Shown here: positions 11,984 through 22,015 of the stretch, in pieces | How positions within the stretch are numbered: the stretch's first letter is position 1 | Layout of the letters: each line of letters starts with the position of its first letter | Source: Microcoleus sp. | GTDB lineage: Bacteria; Cyanobacteriota; Cyanobacteriia; Cyanobacteriales; Microcoleaceae | Direction of reading: 5' to 3' | DNA length: 64,000 nt | Assembly (NCBI GenBank): GCA_052279835.1 | Contig: CP181291.1 | Location: 6,240,001-6,304,000 of the forward strand | Program-made: the position numbers and the translations under genes | Notes under the pieces: model-generated | What the model was told of the DNA's origin: nothing | What the model saw: the letters and a program-made list of their open reading frames with translations, nothing else | Databases searched by the model: none

Positions 11984-14900
11984 ATGAGTTCAAAAAAATC
12001 CACCAGCATAGATTCCCAATTAGTTCCCCACAATTATCGTTCTAAATCTATTATTTTCATAGAATCCGATTTAGAAGACTATCAAACTCTGGACAACGGT
12101 ATCCTGGCTGGTGCAGATAAAATTATATTAGATAAAAATCGCAATGGAGTCGAACAAATTAGTGCCGAATTGCAAAAAATCGCTGCTGCTGGTGAAACTG
12201 TAGACCAAGTTCACATCTTTTCTCATGGCAATTCGGGCAGCTTGCAGTTAGGTTCTACCACTTTGAACTCCGATAATTTATCAGAATATCAAAGTCAGTT
12301 GCAAGAGTGGCGCAATGCCCTGAGCGACCAAGCTGATATCATGCTTTACGGTTGCGATGTTGCTGCTGGTGCGGGGAGTGATTTTGTCGATCGCCTTTCG
12401 GAGTTAACCGGTGCTGATATTGCAGCATCTACCGATAAAACAGGCCGCGGTGGTAACTGGAATTTGGAATTTAGCACAGGGGATATTGAAGCGCCCCTAG
12501 CCCTAAATCCAGAGGTAATGGCAGATTATCAAGGAACTTTAGCAACTATTACCGTTACCAACACTAATGATAGCGGGCCTGGCTCCTTAAGAAGTGCGAT
12601 CGCCTCCGCAGCCGCCGGCGACACCATTCAATTTGCATCCAGTCTAGCCAATCAAACAATTACTCTCACGAACGGTCAACTTGTCATCAACAAAAACTTG
12701 ACAATTGACGCAATTGGTGCTAGTAATTTAACCATTAGTGGTAACAATGCTTCGCGGGTAATCTTCACAGAAGGTTCGACCAATGTTACTCTCAAAAACC
12801 TGATTGTTGCCAACGGCAAAGTTCCAGGAACCGATCCAAATGATGAAACAACTAGCAGTGGTGGTGGCATTCAAACTGGCGGTAACAGCACTTTAACTTT
12901 AGAAAATTGCCAAGTCAATAATAACGTTGCCGGTTTCGGTGGCGGTATTTATACAGGTTTCCGCAGTACAACTACAGTCCTTAATAGTAAGTTTAATGGC
13001 AATGATGGTTCTTTAGCCGACAACACTGAACGCGGCGGCGGGGCGATCGCCACTAAAAGCGGCGGTTCCCTCACCATCAAAGGTAGCGAATTTACCAACA
13101 ACAAAGGTAGCTACGGTGGGGCTGTCAATAACCTGTTGGGCAGCTTGACCATCGAAAACTCTAAATTCAGCGGCAACCGCACAGACAAAGGTGTTGGTGG
13201 CGCAGTTTATGTCGATGGCGCTAATGGTTCTGGCCCCAATGCAAGCCCCGGCCCCGTTGCTGGCACTATTGCGATTCGTAACAGCGTTTTTGATGGCAAT
13301 ATCGGGACTGGAGAAGGAGGTGCAGCCTTTCTATTTGGCTATTTACAAGATAAAGTAGTTTTGGAAAATAGCACTTTTATTAACAACAAAGCAGTCAAAT
13401 ATTCATCAGGTTCTGGCGGGTCTGGAGGCGGTGTTCGTCATGGAAATGCCGAGTTGACTGTTACCAACTGCACCTTTGCTAACAACACAGCCGATGATAA
13501 TGGTGGCGGCTTGTGGTTTGGCGAAGATGGAAATGTCAGTATTGTTAATAGTACCTTCTCCGGGAACACTTCTGCCAAGCAGGGCGGAGGAATAGTTGTC
13601 GCTAACAGAGATTCTTTTGCAACGAATATCGTCAATTCCACTTTTGCTAAAAATAGCGCTGGGGAATATTCGGGAGGTATTGCCACCTTTGGAAATCAAC
13701 CAATTACTGTCAAGAATACAATTTTTGATGGTAATACGGCGGGTAATCCTTTTAAGGTTAAGCAGCAAACTGGAAGGGAACTAATTGATGGGGGAAATAA
13801 TCTGCAATTTCCTGCCAAACTGACTACGGGAGATCCTAATGATAATAATGCCACTGCCAAGGTGACGATCGCCGATCCGAAACTTGGTCCTTTACAAAAT
13901 ATCAACGGCGCTTTTGTACTGCCATTGCTAGCAGGAAGTCCCGCCATTGATACTGGTACTGGTGCGGGGGCACCGGCTACGGATCAGCGGGGTGTGACTC
14001 GCCCTGTGGATGGTGATGGTAACGGAAGTGCGATCGTTGATATTGGTGCTTTTGAATTTAGTCTTACTCCCACACCGACTCCCACTCCCACACCCACACC
14101 GACTCCCACACCCACACCAACTCCCACTCCCACTCCCACTCCCACGCCAACTCCTACTCCCACTCCCACTCCCACACCAACTCCTACTCCCACACCGACT
14201 CCTACTCCCACACCCACACCCACACCGACTCCTACTCCCACACCCACACCGACTCCCACCCCCATTCCTGGTACTGATGATTGCTTGTGCGATCGCGTCA
14301 GCGCCCCAGAATTCAACTCTGCCAGCATTATTCCTAACCCCGTTCAACAAACTCAGGGCGGCGGTAGCACGGCGGATTTCATTATGGGTGCATCCATCAA
14401 CGACTTGATTAATGGGCTGTCTGGGAATGACACCCTCTACGGTATGGGCGGCAATGACAACATTGATGGTGGTGCCGATAACGATTCAATTTTTGGCAAT
14501 GATGGTGCCGATTTGATTCAAGGTGGGGATGGCAACGATACTATCTATGCAGGGAAGGATAATGATACTGTTGTGGGTGGGGATGGCAACGATTTTTTGA
14601 GGGGAGATTTTGGTAAAGATACGATGGCTGGTAGTATCGGCAATGATACTATTTTTGGTGGCAAAGATGACGATATCTTGTTCGGTGAAAATGGCGATGA
14701 CTATATTTTAGGGAACTTAGGAAATGACACAATTAATGCTGGAAATGACAATGATATTGTGTTTGGCAATGAAGGTGCAGACCTGATTTTTGGTCAAGCT
14801 GGCAATGATACGCTTTACGGTGGCAAAGAAAACGACAGTCTTTGTGGTGGCGATGGTAATGATTTAATTTTTGGTGGTAATGATAGCGATATTGTAGATG

Positions 14901-15247
14901 GTTGTGCCGGCAATGATACGCTTTATGGTGGCAAAGGTAACGATATTCTCAGTGGCGGTAGTGGTGCGGATTTCCTGAGTGGTGATGCTGGGGACGATAC
15001 TTTGACTGGTGGTTCGGGAAATGATGTGTTTGTGTTAAGTCCGAATGGGGGAAGCGAGTTGATTACTGATTTCCGCAAGGGTGAGGATTTAATTGGATTG
15101 AATCCTGGTTTGAGTTTGAGTCAACTCAGCATTATTTCTAGCAATAATCAAGTGTTGATTAGTGTGAGTGCCACTGGTCAATTGCTGGCAAATTTGAATG
15201 GTGTACCCGCTAAAACTATTACCGCTAGTGATTTCATTAGTCTGTAG
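11984..15247 (+). CDS. Second DUF4347 + beta-helix + (PT)n + RTX secreted protein, tandem paralog
   Basis: Same architecture as 8302..11700 with a pure (PT)n linker. Confidence 0.9.
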   Translation: MSSKKSTSIDSQLVPHNYRSKSIIFIESDLEDYQTLDNGILAGADKIILDKNRNGVEQISAELQKIAAAGETVDQVHIFSHGNSGSLQLGSTTLNSDNLSEYQSQLQEWRNALSDQADIMLYGCDVAAGAGSDFVDRLSELTGADIAASTDKTGRGGNWNLEFSTGDIEAPLALNPEVMADYQGTLATITVTNTNDSGPGSLRSAIASAAAGDTIQFASSLANQTITLTNGQLVINKNLTIDAIGASNLTISGNNASRVIFTEGSTNVTLKNLIVANGKVPGTDPNDETTSSGGGIQTGGNSTLTLENCQVNNNVAGFGGGIYTGFRSTTTVLNSKFNGNDGSLADNTERGGGAIATKSGGSLTIKGSEFTNNKGSYGGAVNNLLGSLTIENSKFSGNRTDKGVGGAVYVDGANGSGPNASPGPVAGTIAIRNSVFDGNIGTGEGGAAFLFGYLQDKVVLENSTFINNKAVKYSSGSGGSGGGVRHGNAELTVTNCTFANNTADDNGGGLWFGEDGNVSIVNSTFSGNTSAKQGGGIVVANRDSFATNIVNSTFAKNSAGEYSGGIATFGNQPITVKNTIFDGNTAGNPFKVKQQTGRELIDGGNNLQFPAKLTTGDPNDNNATAKVTIADPKLGPLQNINGAFVLPLLAGSPAIDTGTGAGAPATDQRGVTRPVDGDGNGSAIVDIGAFEFSLTPTPTPTPTPTPTPTPTPTPTPTPTPTPTPTPTPTPTPTPTPTPTPTPTPTPTPTPTPTPTPTPTPIPGTDDCLCDRVSAPEFNSASIIPNPVQQTQGGGSTADFIMGASINDLINGLSGNDTLYGMGGNDNIDGGADNDSIFGNDGADLIQGGDGNDTIYAGKDNDTVVGGDGNDFLRGDFGKDTMAGSIGNDTIFGGKDDDILFGENGDDYILGNLGNDTINAGNDNDIVFGNEGADLIFGQAGNDTLYGGKENDSLCGGDGNDLIFGGNDSDIVDGCAGNDTLYGGKGNDILSGGSGADFLSGDAGDDTLTGGSGNDVFVLSPNGGSELITDFRKGEDLIGLNPGLSLSQLSIISSNNQVLISVSATGQLLANLNGVPAKTITASDFISL
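14066..14263 (+). repeat. Coding (Thr-Pro)n hexamer repeat
   Basis: act ccc / aca ccc / aca ccg units. Confidence 0.9.
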
Positions 15248-15309
15248 TGATTATAGTTGCCAAACAAACTATATCGAGATCTGATCGGAGGTACGATCGA
15301 GAATTGGTA

Positions 15310-15441
15310 ATATCAAATCCGTTGACATCGGAATGATTAATCTCTCTCTTCTCTTCCTCTTTCCCCCCTTGGGGGGGGCAGGGGGGGGTCGTCCTTCGCG
15401 CCTTCGCGGTTAAATCATTCCGATACAACCGGAATTGATAT
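15310..15441. mobile_element. MITE-like element with ~30-bp imperfect terminal inverted repeats and an internal GC-rich hairpin
   Basis: atatcaaatccgttgacatcggaatgattaa ... ttaaatcattccgatacaaccggaattgatat; second copy (reverse orientation) at 48335. Confidence 0.8.
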
Positions 15442-15442
15442 A

Positions 15443-15595
15443 ATAGGCAATAGGTAATAGGTAATTGGTAGTTGGTAATTAGTAATGCCCTATACTTCGA
15501 CTTTGCGAACTCACAAGTACCCCATACTTCGACCCGCTCGCGTAGTCGAAGGGCAGCACAAGTACCCCATTACCAATTACCAATTACCAATTACC
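15443..15595. repeat. Inverted STRR tracts (GGTAATT-type ... ATTACCA-type)
   Basis: taggtaataggtaattggtagttggtaatt and cattaccaattaccaattaccaattacc. Confidence 0.7.
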
Positions 15596-15924
15596 ACAGG
15601 ACTTACGCAGACACACTATATGTATGTAGTGTGCAGACAACTACGTTAGCGAAGCACTCGTTGCAGGATCGCACCCACTTGACGATTAGGACGATCGACA
15701 GATCCAGGGCGATCGACAGATCCAGGGCGATCGAGTTATTTCCTTGGACTTGACTGACGATTTTAGATAAAAAAATTGCCCAGTTAACCGCGACAGAGTA
15801 TCCCGAAGCTCATCACTTCGGGCATATAAAAAACTTTTGCTTTGCACTGGCTGGAATTACTGTTGCCTAAGCCCTGAGATATTAGTTGACTCGCGTTGAT
15901 GGGATGTAACGGAGTCACTGCTAT

Positions 15925-16161
15925 TTAAGTTCCCATAATGGCAAATGCAGCATCCGTAATAGAACTAGCTGGCACATCAGACAGAATGGTCAGTAATTCT
16001 TGATTAGCAGCGATGCGGACGAAGGTATCTCGTGCAGAGATGCCAGTACCTTGAGCGATTGCTAACTGTTCAAATCTCAAATCACCGGATAATTCCATTG
16101 CAAAGGAGTTAGCCACCCGGACTAAAGAGACGATCGCTTTGATAATTTCTGTCTCAATCAA
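15925..16161 (-). pseudogene. C-terminal remnant of an RTX/Ca-binding secreted protein
   Basis: LSGDLRFEQLAIAQG...LLTILSDVPASSITDAAF resembles the C-termini of the two RTX proteins (LSFNQLSI...[16 protein letters not shown]). Confidence 0.6.
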
Positions 16162-16185
16162 TTTTTCCTATCTAGGAAGATTTTC

Positions 16186-17469
16186 TTACCGATCGGAATT
16201 TGAAGGGCTAGTGTTGTTAAGAGATTTAATTACCTGGAAAAGATTTAAAACTGTCTTTTTAGTAGACTCAAAATCTTTTCTAGAAATCCCACTTCCGCCC
16301 ACAGCAAATTTTTCCACGATTTTATCAAGGCAGGTGCGTATATCGATCGCAAATTCACCTCTAGTTTGGCTATCAAGAGGACGAAAACTGCCATCCTCAT
16401 ACGCCCGCATACAACCGTATTTATCTACCATAGATAAAATGGCGCTGAAGGATGGGTCATCACGAGAAACATCAAAAAATCTTAGATATTCCGCTGCGGT
16501 AAATTTATCAGCATTCAGATTTCCAACCATGCGGGAAAACTCTAATGGATTAGCAGGAGGACGCTTGAAGGCACTTGTCAATCTATAACGTTCTATCTTT
16601 TCTTGTTCTTTGATAAAGTCGTCAATTTTAATCCCTAGGCTAGTGTCAATACAGGCTTGTCGAGAATTTTTTCCGGCACCGTGAATGCCAATAACTTCTC
16701 CTTTGGAATTAAAGACAGGTCCACCACTCATCCCCTCAGCCGTCTCAGCAGAATAACATAAACTATAGTTGCCATTGGGATCGGACGGATTAAGAATTTG
16801 TTTTAGTTCACCATTTTTTTGCACTCGTTTTCTGTCCTCAGAAGTAGGGTCTTTTGGTAATGGCCAGCCAGATACATAGATGGGAGCGCCTGGTTTACTC
16901 GTGCTAGAATCACCTATGACTGCAACTGGATACTCCTTAGAACTCTCAAACTGAAGCACAGCTAAGTCGTAGCCATTAAAAACTCGTCTATTGCTGTCAA
17001 AATTTGCAAACCGATAAATTATGCCCTCAGTTGTATCGGATTGCCCTGGATATTGAGGTTTTCTGTTGTTTACTAAATGAACTTCACCGTCGTGAGTGCG
17101 AATACCGTACTTGCCACGGGTGGGAACTACGTGAGTGTTAGTCAACACGTAATAAGTTGAATTCCGTCGTGCAATAATTACCCCAGAACCTGGAGCCGCA
17201 ATAAATACTCTCCCTTCTACATCTTTGCTCTCCTCTATGTTTTGACCGATAAAAACTGTTGTAGCCTTAGCAATAAAGTTAACAGCATCAAACTCTTGCT
17301 GATTTGTTGCTTGAGCTACTAATGTAGAAGTAAAAACTTGTTCTAGACTATTGTTTGCGGGGGTTTGGCTGGCATTTGACCTAGAAGCACTAGCCGTAAT
17401 TACTAAAACTAAGCTAGTAATTATACAAATGAATGCCAGTCCCCAATTTCTCCATCGATTTTGTAACAT
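16186..17469 (-). CDS. Exported trypsin-like serine protease with a C-terminal porin-type SLH domain
   Basis: Signal/TM; triad VLTNTH / YDLAV / GMSGGP; C-terminal FFDVS..DPSF.AI.SMVDKYGCMRAYEDGSFRP...TRGEFA. Confidence 0.88.
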   Translation of the reverse strand: MLQNRWRNWGLAFICIITSLVLVITASASRSNASQTPANNSLEQVFTSTLVAQATNQQEFDAVNFIAKATTVFIGQNIEESKDVEGRVFIAAPGSGVIIARRNSTYYVLTNTHVVPTRGKYGIRTHDGEVHLVNNRKPQYPGQSDTTEGIIYRFANFDSNRRVFNGYDLAVLQFESSKEYPVAVIGDSSTSKPGAPIYVSGWPLPKDPTSEDRKRVQKNGELKQILNPSDPNGNYSLCYSAETAEGMSGGPVFNSKGEVIGIHGAGKNSRQACIDTSLGIKIDDFIKEQEKIERYRLTSAFKRPPANPLEFSRMVGNLNADKFTAAEYLRFFDVSRDDPSFSAILSMVDKYGCMRAYEDGSFRPLDSQTRGEFAIDIRTCLDKIVEKFAVGGSGISRKDFESTKKTVLNLFQVIKSLNNTSPSNSDR

Positions 17470-17547
17470 AATTTTTCCTTCAAAAATACTTGTGCCAATG
17501 GATGTAACAAAAAAAATCTAATTTTTAGAGCCGATATCGGATTGTTG

Positions 17548-17985
17548 CTATATCCTCGGTTTGCTAGAAGGTTTAACAGGTTGAATTAAATTAACTTCGT
17601 CTTGCAAATTATCAATTACCCTTTTAAGCATTACAACTTCTTGTTTCGTTACGCCCCCACCAGCAGTTGGAGGGGGAATCAAATTCATACCCGTAATTCT
17701 GTCCATACAAGCATTTAAGTTACCAGCAGTTTCATATCGAGTTAAATTTTTGTTGCCCCGAAAAGTATCATCTGGATAACCTGCAAAGCAACCGTAGCGC
17801 TCTACAAGAACCTGTAACGCTTGGTAGTAGTAGGTTGTAGGATTGACATCTATAATTTGTTCTATAGATGTTATTTGAGCCAGAGTTTTTACAGGAGTAA
17901 TAGCGATAGCTCCTATTGCTATCACCAAAGCGATGATGCCTGCAAATAAACCGATTTTGACTGTTTGCCCTTTATTTTTGCTCAT
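17548..17985 (-). CDS. Small exported SLH + coiled-coil protein (porin N-terminus-like, no barrel)
   Basis: DVNPT.YYYQALQVLVERYGCFAGYPDDTFRGNKNLTRYE.A..LNACMDRI. Confidence 0.85.
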   Translation of the reverse strand: MSKNKGQTVKIGLFAGIIALVIAIGAIAITPVKTLAQITSIEQIIDVNPTTYYYQALQVLVERYGCFAGYPDDTFRGNKNLTRYETAGNLNACMDRITGMNLIPPPTAGGGVTKQEVVMLKRVIDNLQDEVNLIQPVKPSSKPRI

Positions 17986-18063
17986 TACATTTCCTCGTTA
18001 TTATTTGAAATAAATCACTAGATTAGGGAAATCATAACTTCCGTAATCTACCCTCTACAAATT

Positions 18064-18531
18064 CTATATTCTAGGTCTAGAAGAAGGATGTGACTGTTGA
18101 AGTTCTTGAACAGATTGTTGCAAAGATTCCAAAGATTGTTGCAAATCAGCTAAATCTTCTTGAGTAGCCAAATTACCAGTTGCTTGTGGTCTTAGTGATT
18201 CCATAGCATTAACCATGCTTTGGAACCACTGAGCCAGTTCACCTCTTGTTATGTCTCGTTTGCCACGAAAGCTTCTATCGGGATACGCCAAGGCAGTCAT
18301 TTGGTATCTCTCTACCAAAGACTGTATTGACTGAAATACCCAATCAGTAGGTGACACGTCTCTCAACTCGCTAACCGAACGCACTTGAATCTGCTTGCTG
18401 CTGACTTGTTCTGTATTACTTTCTGCTGCGGTGGCAGGTGTTCTAAAAGTAGTAGCAGTAATTACCAGTATTAAGCTAGTGATTACAGCTATTAATCCTA
18501 ATGCTAACGCTTTCAATCTATTCTTAAACAT
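18064..18531 (-). CDS. Small exported SLH + coiled-coil protein (start refined to MFKNRLK)
   Basis: GGAGGA RBS before the ATG at 18531; VSELRDVSPTDWVFQSIQSLVERY..YPDRSFRG...TRGE..LATQEDLADLQ. Confidence 0.85.
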   Translation of the reverse strand: MFKNRLKALALGLIAVITSLILVITATTFRTPATAAESNTEQVSSKQIQVRSVSELRDVSPTDWVFQSIQSLVERYQMTALAYPDRSFRGKRDITRGELAQWFQSMVNAMESLRPQATGNLATQEDLADLQQSLESLQQSVQELQQSHPSSRPRI

Positions 18532-18578
18532 TTGTCCTCCTTGGAGTATCTTTTTAGTAAATGTTATAAAACTTTGGG

Positions 18579-19484
18579 TCACTTAGTTGGTGTAATCCCT
18601 GGTATTTCAACCTCATAAGTAGGCGGTACTCTTAAGTTATTTCTAATTGGTGAGATTGGTAGTTGACCCATTCTTTGCTGAAAGGAGTAAATTGGAATTG
18701 CCCAACTCAAACCAGACATTTGCTCGTACAGTTCTGGGGATGGCATTGTACCATCCGCCAATCTGAATGCACTAATGCCTTGTATTGTTTGCTTACCACG
18801 ACCGTGAATGCCAATCAATCGCCCCTGTCGATCTAATACAGCACCACCACTCATCCCGCCTTTAGTAACGTTGGTGTAGCCTAGTTTATACCCCCTCTGT
18901 AAAGATCGGTCTAATAACAGCATTGATATGTTCCCAGTTGTTAAATGAAAGGCTTTTGTTCCCCAGTCATAGGTAACTTCTAGCGCATTGGCATCCCGTT
19001 CTTGATAATTAGGAAATCCTGAAATATAAACGGGTTCTCCTATAGAAATATCCTCAAAATGCCCCAAAACGGCAACTCGATAAGGAGTTTGACTTTCAAA
19101 CCGGACTAAAGCTAAATCAATTCCTTGCAGTGCTGGTATTCGCTGGCGGAAGGCTAAATGAGTTTGACCGTCAGGCGTTAAAACTCTATAGCTTCCATTT
19201 CCACTGGCATTAGCCACATGAGCGCAAGTTAAAACCGTGTAAGTTTGTCCCTGACGGTCCATAATCACCCCTGAGCCGGCTCCGGGGTTGGTGAAAATTC
19301 TCACTGTTACCTGTCTGGCAACAGAGGCAACAGAAGGCTCTACTTGTGGAGAATTTTGAGATACATTATCAGCGCGATCTTTTGATAAAGGTGTGCTGGC
19401 AAAAGCTAGCAAATTGGTCAATATAATGACCCCACAAACCGCGCTCCCGATAGCAAGCACTTGAGTAGGAGGTTGAGGCTTCAC
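18579..19484 (-). CDS. Exported trypsin-like serine protease
   Basis: GSGVI, VLTCAH, IDLALV, GMSGGAVLD..GRLIGIHG. Confidence 0.88.
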   Translation of the reverse strand: MKPQPPTQVLAIGSAVCGVIILTNLLAFASTPLSKDRADNVSQNSPQVEPSVASVARQVTVRIFTNPGAGSGVIMDRQGQTYTVLTCAHVANASGNGSYRVLTPDGQTHLAFRQRIPALQGIDLALVRFESQTPYRVAVLGHFEDISIGEPVYISGFPNYQERDANALEVTYDWGTKAFHLTTGNISMLLLDRSLQRGYKLGYTNVTKGGMSGGAVLDRQGRLIGIHGRGKQTIQGISAFRLADGTMPSPELYEQMSGLSWAIPIYSFQQRMGQLPISPIRNNLRVPPTYEVEIPGITPTK

Positions 19485-19586
19485 GGTGAACGTTAACTCA
19501 GAGTCTATTTGGTGTGCGAGAATTGGTAAACCAAAGAATTCAGATAGCTTTTCCCTGGTTTACCAAAAAGAAAGTGAAAAACCCCG

Positions 19587-20177
19587 CTAAAGAATTCCAC
19601 GACCGCCGCCGGAAGGGCGTTTGTTGGAAGGGCGGTTCCTGGCGGCAGCTAGCTCTTGCTCAACGAACCGTCCAAACCTTACGACCGTCCGTGCTGTAGT
19701 CTCTGACCCTGGAACTCCAGCTTCAAAAGGATTGGCGCGACGGTTGACGAGGTTAGCGAGGAACTTACCTGGATCTCTCCCTGGTGACATGGTGACTAAT
19801 ACGTTACTGTCATCGCAACCAGATTGCTCGTCGTTTACCCAACAAACTACACCCAAACGATTAACCGAGCCAGTAGTTAGCAGCACATCAGAAAAACTAC
19901 CGCCTACATTAGCTACTACAGTATTCAAGCGCCCAGTGACTTCATTACAGCGACTTTGGGGCGTAAAACCGCTGCCTGCCATTGCCTGACTGTTCCACGT
20001 AATCAGAGGCTCTGTTTTTGCACCCTCCTGGGTGACGGCAATAGTGGCATAACCACTACCTGCCTTAATACACTCGAAGGTTGTATCGGCAAAGGCTGGC
20101 TTACTGCTCAAGGCGATCGCACCAGAAAGCGTAATACCAGCAATAAATAAGTTTCGCAGAAAAGCTTTGTTAGACAT
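19587..20177 (-). CDS. COP23-domain secreted protein
   Basis: Signal peptide; TFEC...PLITW.S....SGFTPQSRCNEVTGRL...LTTGSVNRLGVVC...C...LVT. Confidence 0.8.
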   Translation of the reverse strand: MSNKAFLRNLFIAGITLSGAIALSSKPAFADTTFECIKAGSGYATIAVTQEGAKTEPLITWNSQAMAGSGFTPQSRCNEVTGRLNTVVANVGGSFSDVLLTTGSVNRLGVVCWVNDEQSGCDDSNVLVTMSPGRDPGKFLANLVNRRANPFEAGVPGSETTARTVVRFGRFVEQELAAARNRPSNKRPSGGGRGIL

Positions 20178-20269
20178 GATTTCTTACTCCTATCGATAGT
20201 TGTGTAATTTAACGATTAGTGGTGAAATGCACTCTTACTTCGATTAAATATCCCCTAAGAAAGGTTTTT

Positions 20270-20965
20270 TTAGCGTGCGTTTTGGCAAGCCTGAACGGCA
20301 GCTGCCTCGCTAATCTCAGTTCTGACTCTGACGGTTTTACAGTTCACATCATTCCCAACACAAATCCAGCCTGAAAATGGTTTCTGTACCTCTGTTCGAT
20401 ACAGCAAATTCTCCATACACTGCTGAATCGCCTGTGGCGACCCTCCAACCGGATTAGTCCAGGTTGTACCTCCGCCTCCGGGAATGATGATCAGCGGTGT
20501 GTTCAGATTTGGATTACTGACAGGAGCCACTGGATTGCCACCCACCGCATTACGGCACTGGTTGACCGCTTCTTCTTCACTCAATACCGAAACCTTGATC
20601 GAACTCGCCCAGCAGACATTTTTGGGATTAAATAATTTTCGATAATCAGTCCAGCATTGAGTTCCGCTGGTACTTTCTGCAGAGAACGCATTGATCGGGT
20701 AAGTGTATTCTGTCTTACCATCCGTTCGCTGTCGAGGTGCACCTTCGTAAGTCTGAAATCGCTTATTCTGTACACATCTTTCGATCGCCAAACCACCACT
20801 GGAACACAGGTCAGCAGCTTTATCAGGCGAAACGCCTTGGCGGACAAACTCATTAAGACATTCTCGAATCGAACTCTGTGCGATCGCGCCTTGGGTCATT
20901 AGCAATGGTGATAGCATCGTGGCGATCGCGCCTGCCATCGTCAATGCTTGATGATTTATAATCAT
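20270..20965 (-). CDS. Secreted Cys-rich protein with repeated helix-loop-helix Cys scaffolds (start refined to MIINHQ)
   Basis: Signal peptide ending AIA-Q; the C-terminus GGSPQAIQQCMENLLY...RTEISEAAAVQACQNAR is shared with the upstream gene. Confidence 0.75.
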   Translation of the reverse strand: MIINHQALTMAGAIATMLSPLLMTQGAIAQSSIRECLNEFVRQGVSPDKAADLCSSGGLAIERCVQNKRFQTYEGAPRQRTDGKTEYTYPINAFSAESTSGTQCWTDYRKLFNPKNVCWASSIKVSVLSEEEAVNQCRNAVGGNPVAPVSNPNLNTPLIIIPGGGGTTWTNPVGGSPQAIQQCMENLLYRTEVQKPFSGWICVGNDVNCKTVRVRTEISEAAAVQACQNAR

Positions 20966-20991
20966 GGCTCTACAAATAATGGAAAGTTGTC

Positions 20992-21510
20992 TTAGCGTGC
21001 GTTTTGGCAAGCCTGAACGGCAGCAGCTTCACTGGTTTGAGTTCTCACAGTTTGCAGTTGCCAACCGCCCCAACCATCTTCTCGACTCAATTGGCTGCAA
21101 TAACTGCGAGTGCAAACTAGCTGTTGTTCGTACATCAGGTTTTTCATGCAGTTACTGATCCCCTGCGGAGAACCACCAATTTGCCGTCGCGGTTGGTAAA
21201 TTACGGGAGGTTGCTGCGGTTGATAAATGACCGGGGGCTGCGCTGCGGTCCCGCCAGCAGGAGTTGGCGAAGCCGGACAGCCAAAAGGAGTGCAAGGATC
21301 TGCACCCGGATTTGGGCAACCAAAAGGGTTACAAGCACCGGCACCGGGTTGAGAACAGCCGAAGGGATTGCACGTTTGGGCAACTGAAGGCTGTGCGTGT
21401 CCGAGTAAAGGTAGAATGGCGCTCAGAACGCCGATCGTTAGTGCTTTACTAAGGGAAACTGACAAAAACCCACGCTTGGGTGAGCGTCCGAGAGATTGGT
21501 TCATCTTCAT
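20992..21510 (-). CDS. Secreted Cys-rich protein with three C(N/T)PFGC repeats and the shared C-terminal scaffold
   Basis: Signal peptide ending SVA-Q; CNPFGC, CNPFGC, CTPFGC; QPPVIYQP twice; ends SEAAAVQACQNAR. Confidence 0.75.
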   Translation of the reverse strand: MKMNQSLGRSPKRGFLSVSLSKALTIGVLSAILPLLGHAQPSVAQTCNPFGCSQPGAGACNPFGCPNPGADPCTPFGCPASPTPAGGTAAQPPVIYQPQQPPVIYQPRRQIGGSPQGISNCMKNLMYEQQLVCTRSYCSQLSREDGWGGWQLQTVRTQTSEAAAVQACQNAR

Positions 21511-21776
21511 TCCTGCTAGTGTTTGCTGAAATTGTTCGGTAGATGCCTGACCTGCTGAAGGTTTTGAGTAGCCTTTCGTGCCAACAAACTGTTACATCCG
21601 GCTTTTCAACCCGGTTGCAAAAGAATGCCATGCACCGCCTGCATGTAGTTAATTCAGCTAAAATGTCTCAATACGGCGTTTAGTCGTGCTGATATTTCAT
21701 CAACGATAAGTGCTGCTGTATTTGATGCTCGGCTCAATTGCATAACTCAGATGTAACTACTTTACCGCTGTGTAGC

Positions 21777-21826
21777 AAGTCCGGCAGTCCGATAAAAGTC
21801 CGATAAAAGTCCGATAAAAGTCGGAT
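21777..21826. promoter_or_regulatory. 11-bp tandem direct repeat (AGTCCGATAAA x3 plus degenerate flanks), putative operator in a divergent promoter
   Basis: Perfect copies at 21786, 21797 and 21808; partial aagtccggc before and agtcggat after. Confidence 0.6.
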
Positions 21827-22015
21827 CTAGAATCTAAAAATTATCTGTCTCTATTGACTAGCCCATTAGCTCATTCTTCACAAAATCATGAGTATTTATA
21901 CTTAAAACAAAATGTCCGATCGCTCACTTCTGCTAGCTGTGGTTGTCTGTGCGACAGTTGAGGGTGCGGAATCATTACCTGAGATCGAATAGAAATAGTT
22001 ATTTTAGAAGTCTAT

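Noticed and set aside
13928..14408. Repetitive alternative-frame ORFs over the second PT linker
   Set aside because: Same shadow effect from the hexamer repeat
15237..15753. ORFs 15237..15428 and 15472..15753
   Set aside because: Composed of MITE, STRR and palindrome sequence; no protein-like signal
20966..21010. Extended N-terminus of ORF 20270..21010
   Set aside because: Overlaps the upstream gene's end; the ATG at 20965 gives a proper signal peptide
20270..21510. Diversity-generating retroelement or RiPP cluster explanation for the variable Cys proteins
   Set aside because: No reverse transcriptase, no adenine-specific TR/VR pair and no modifying enzymes in the window
21786..21818. Possible CRISPR array
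   Set aside because: 11-bp head-to-tail repeats with no spacers and no cas genes
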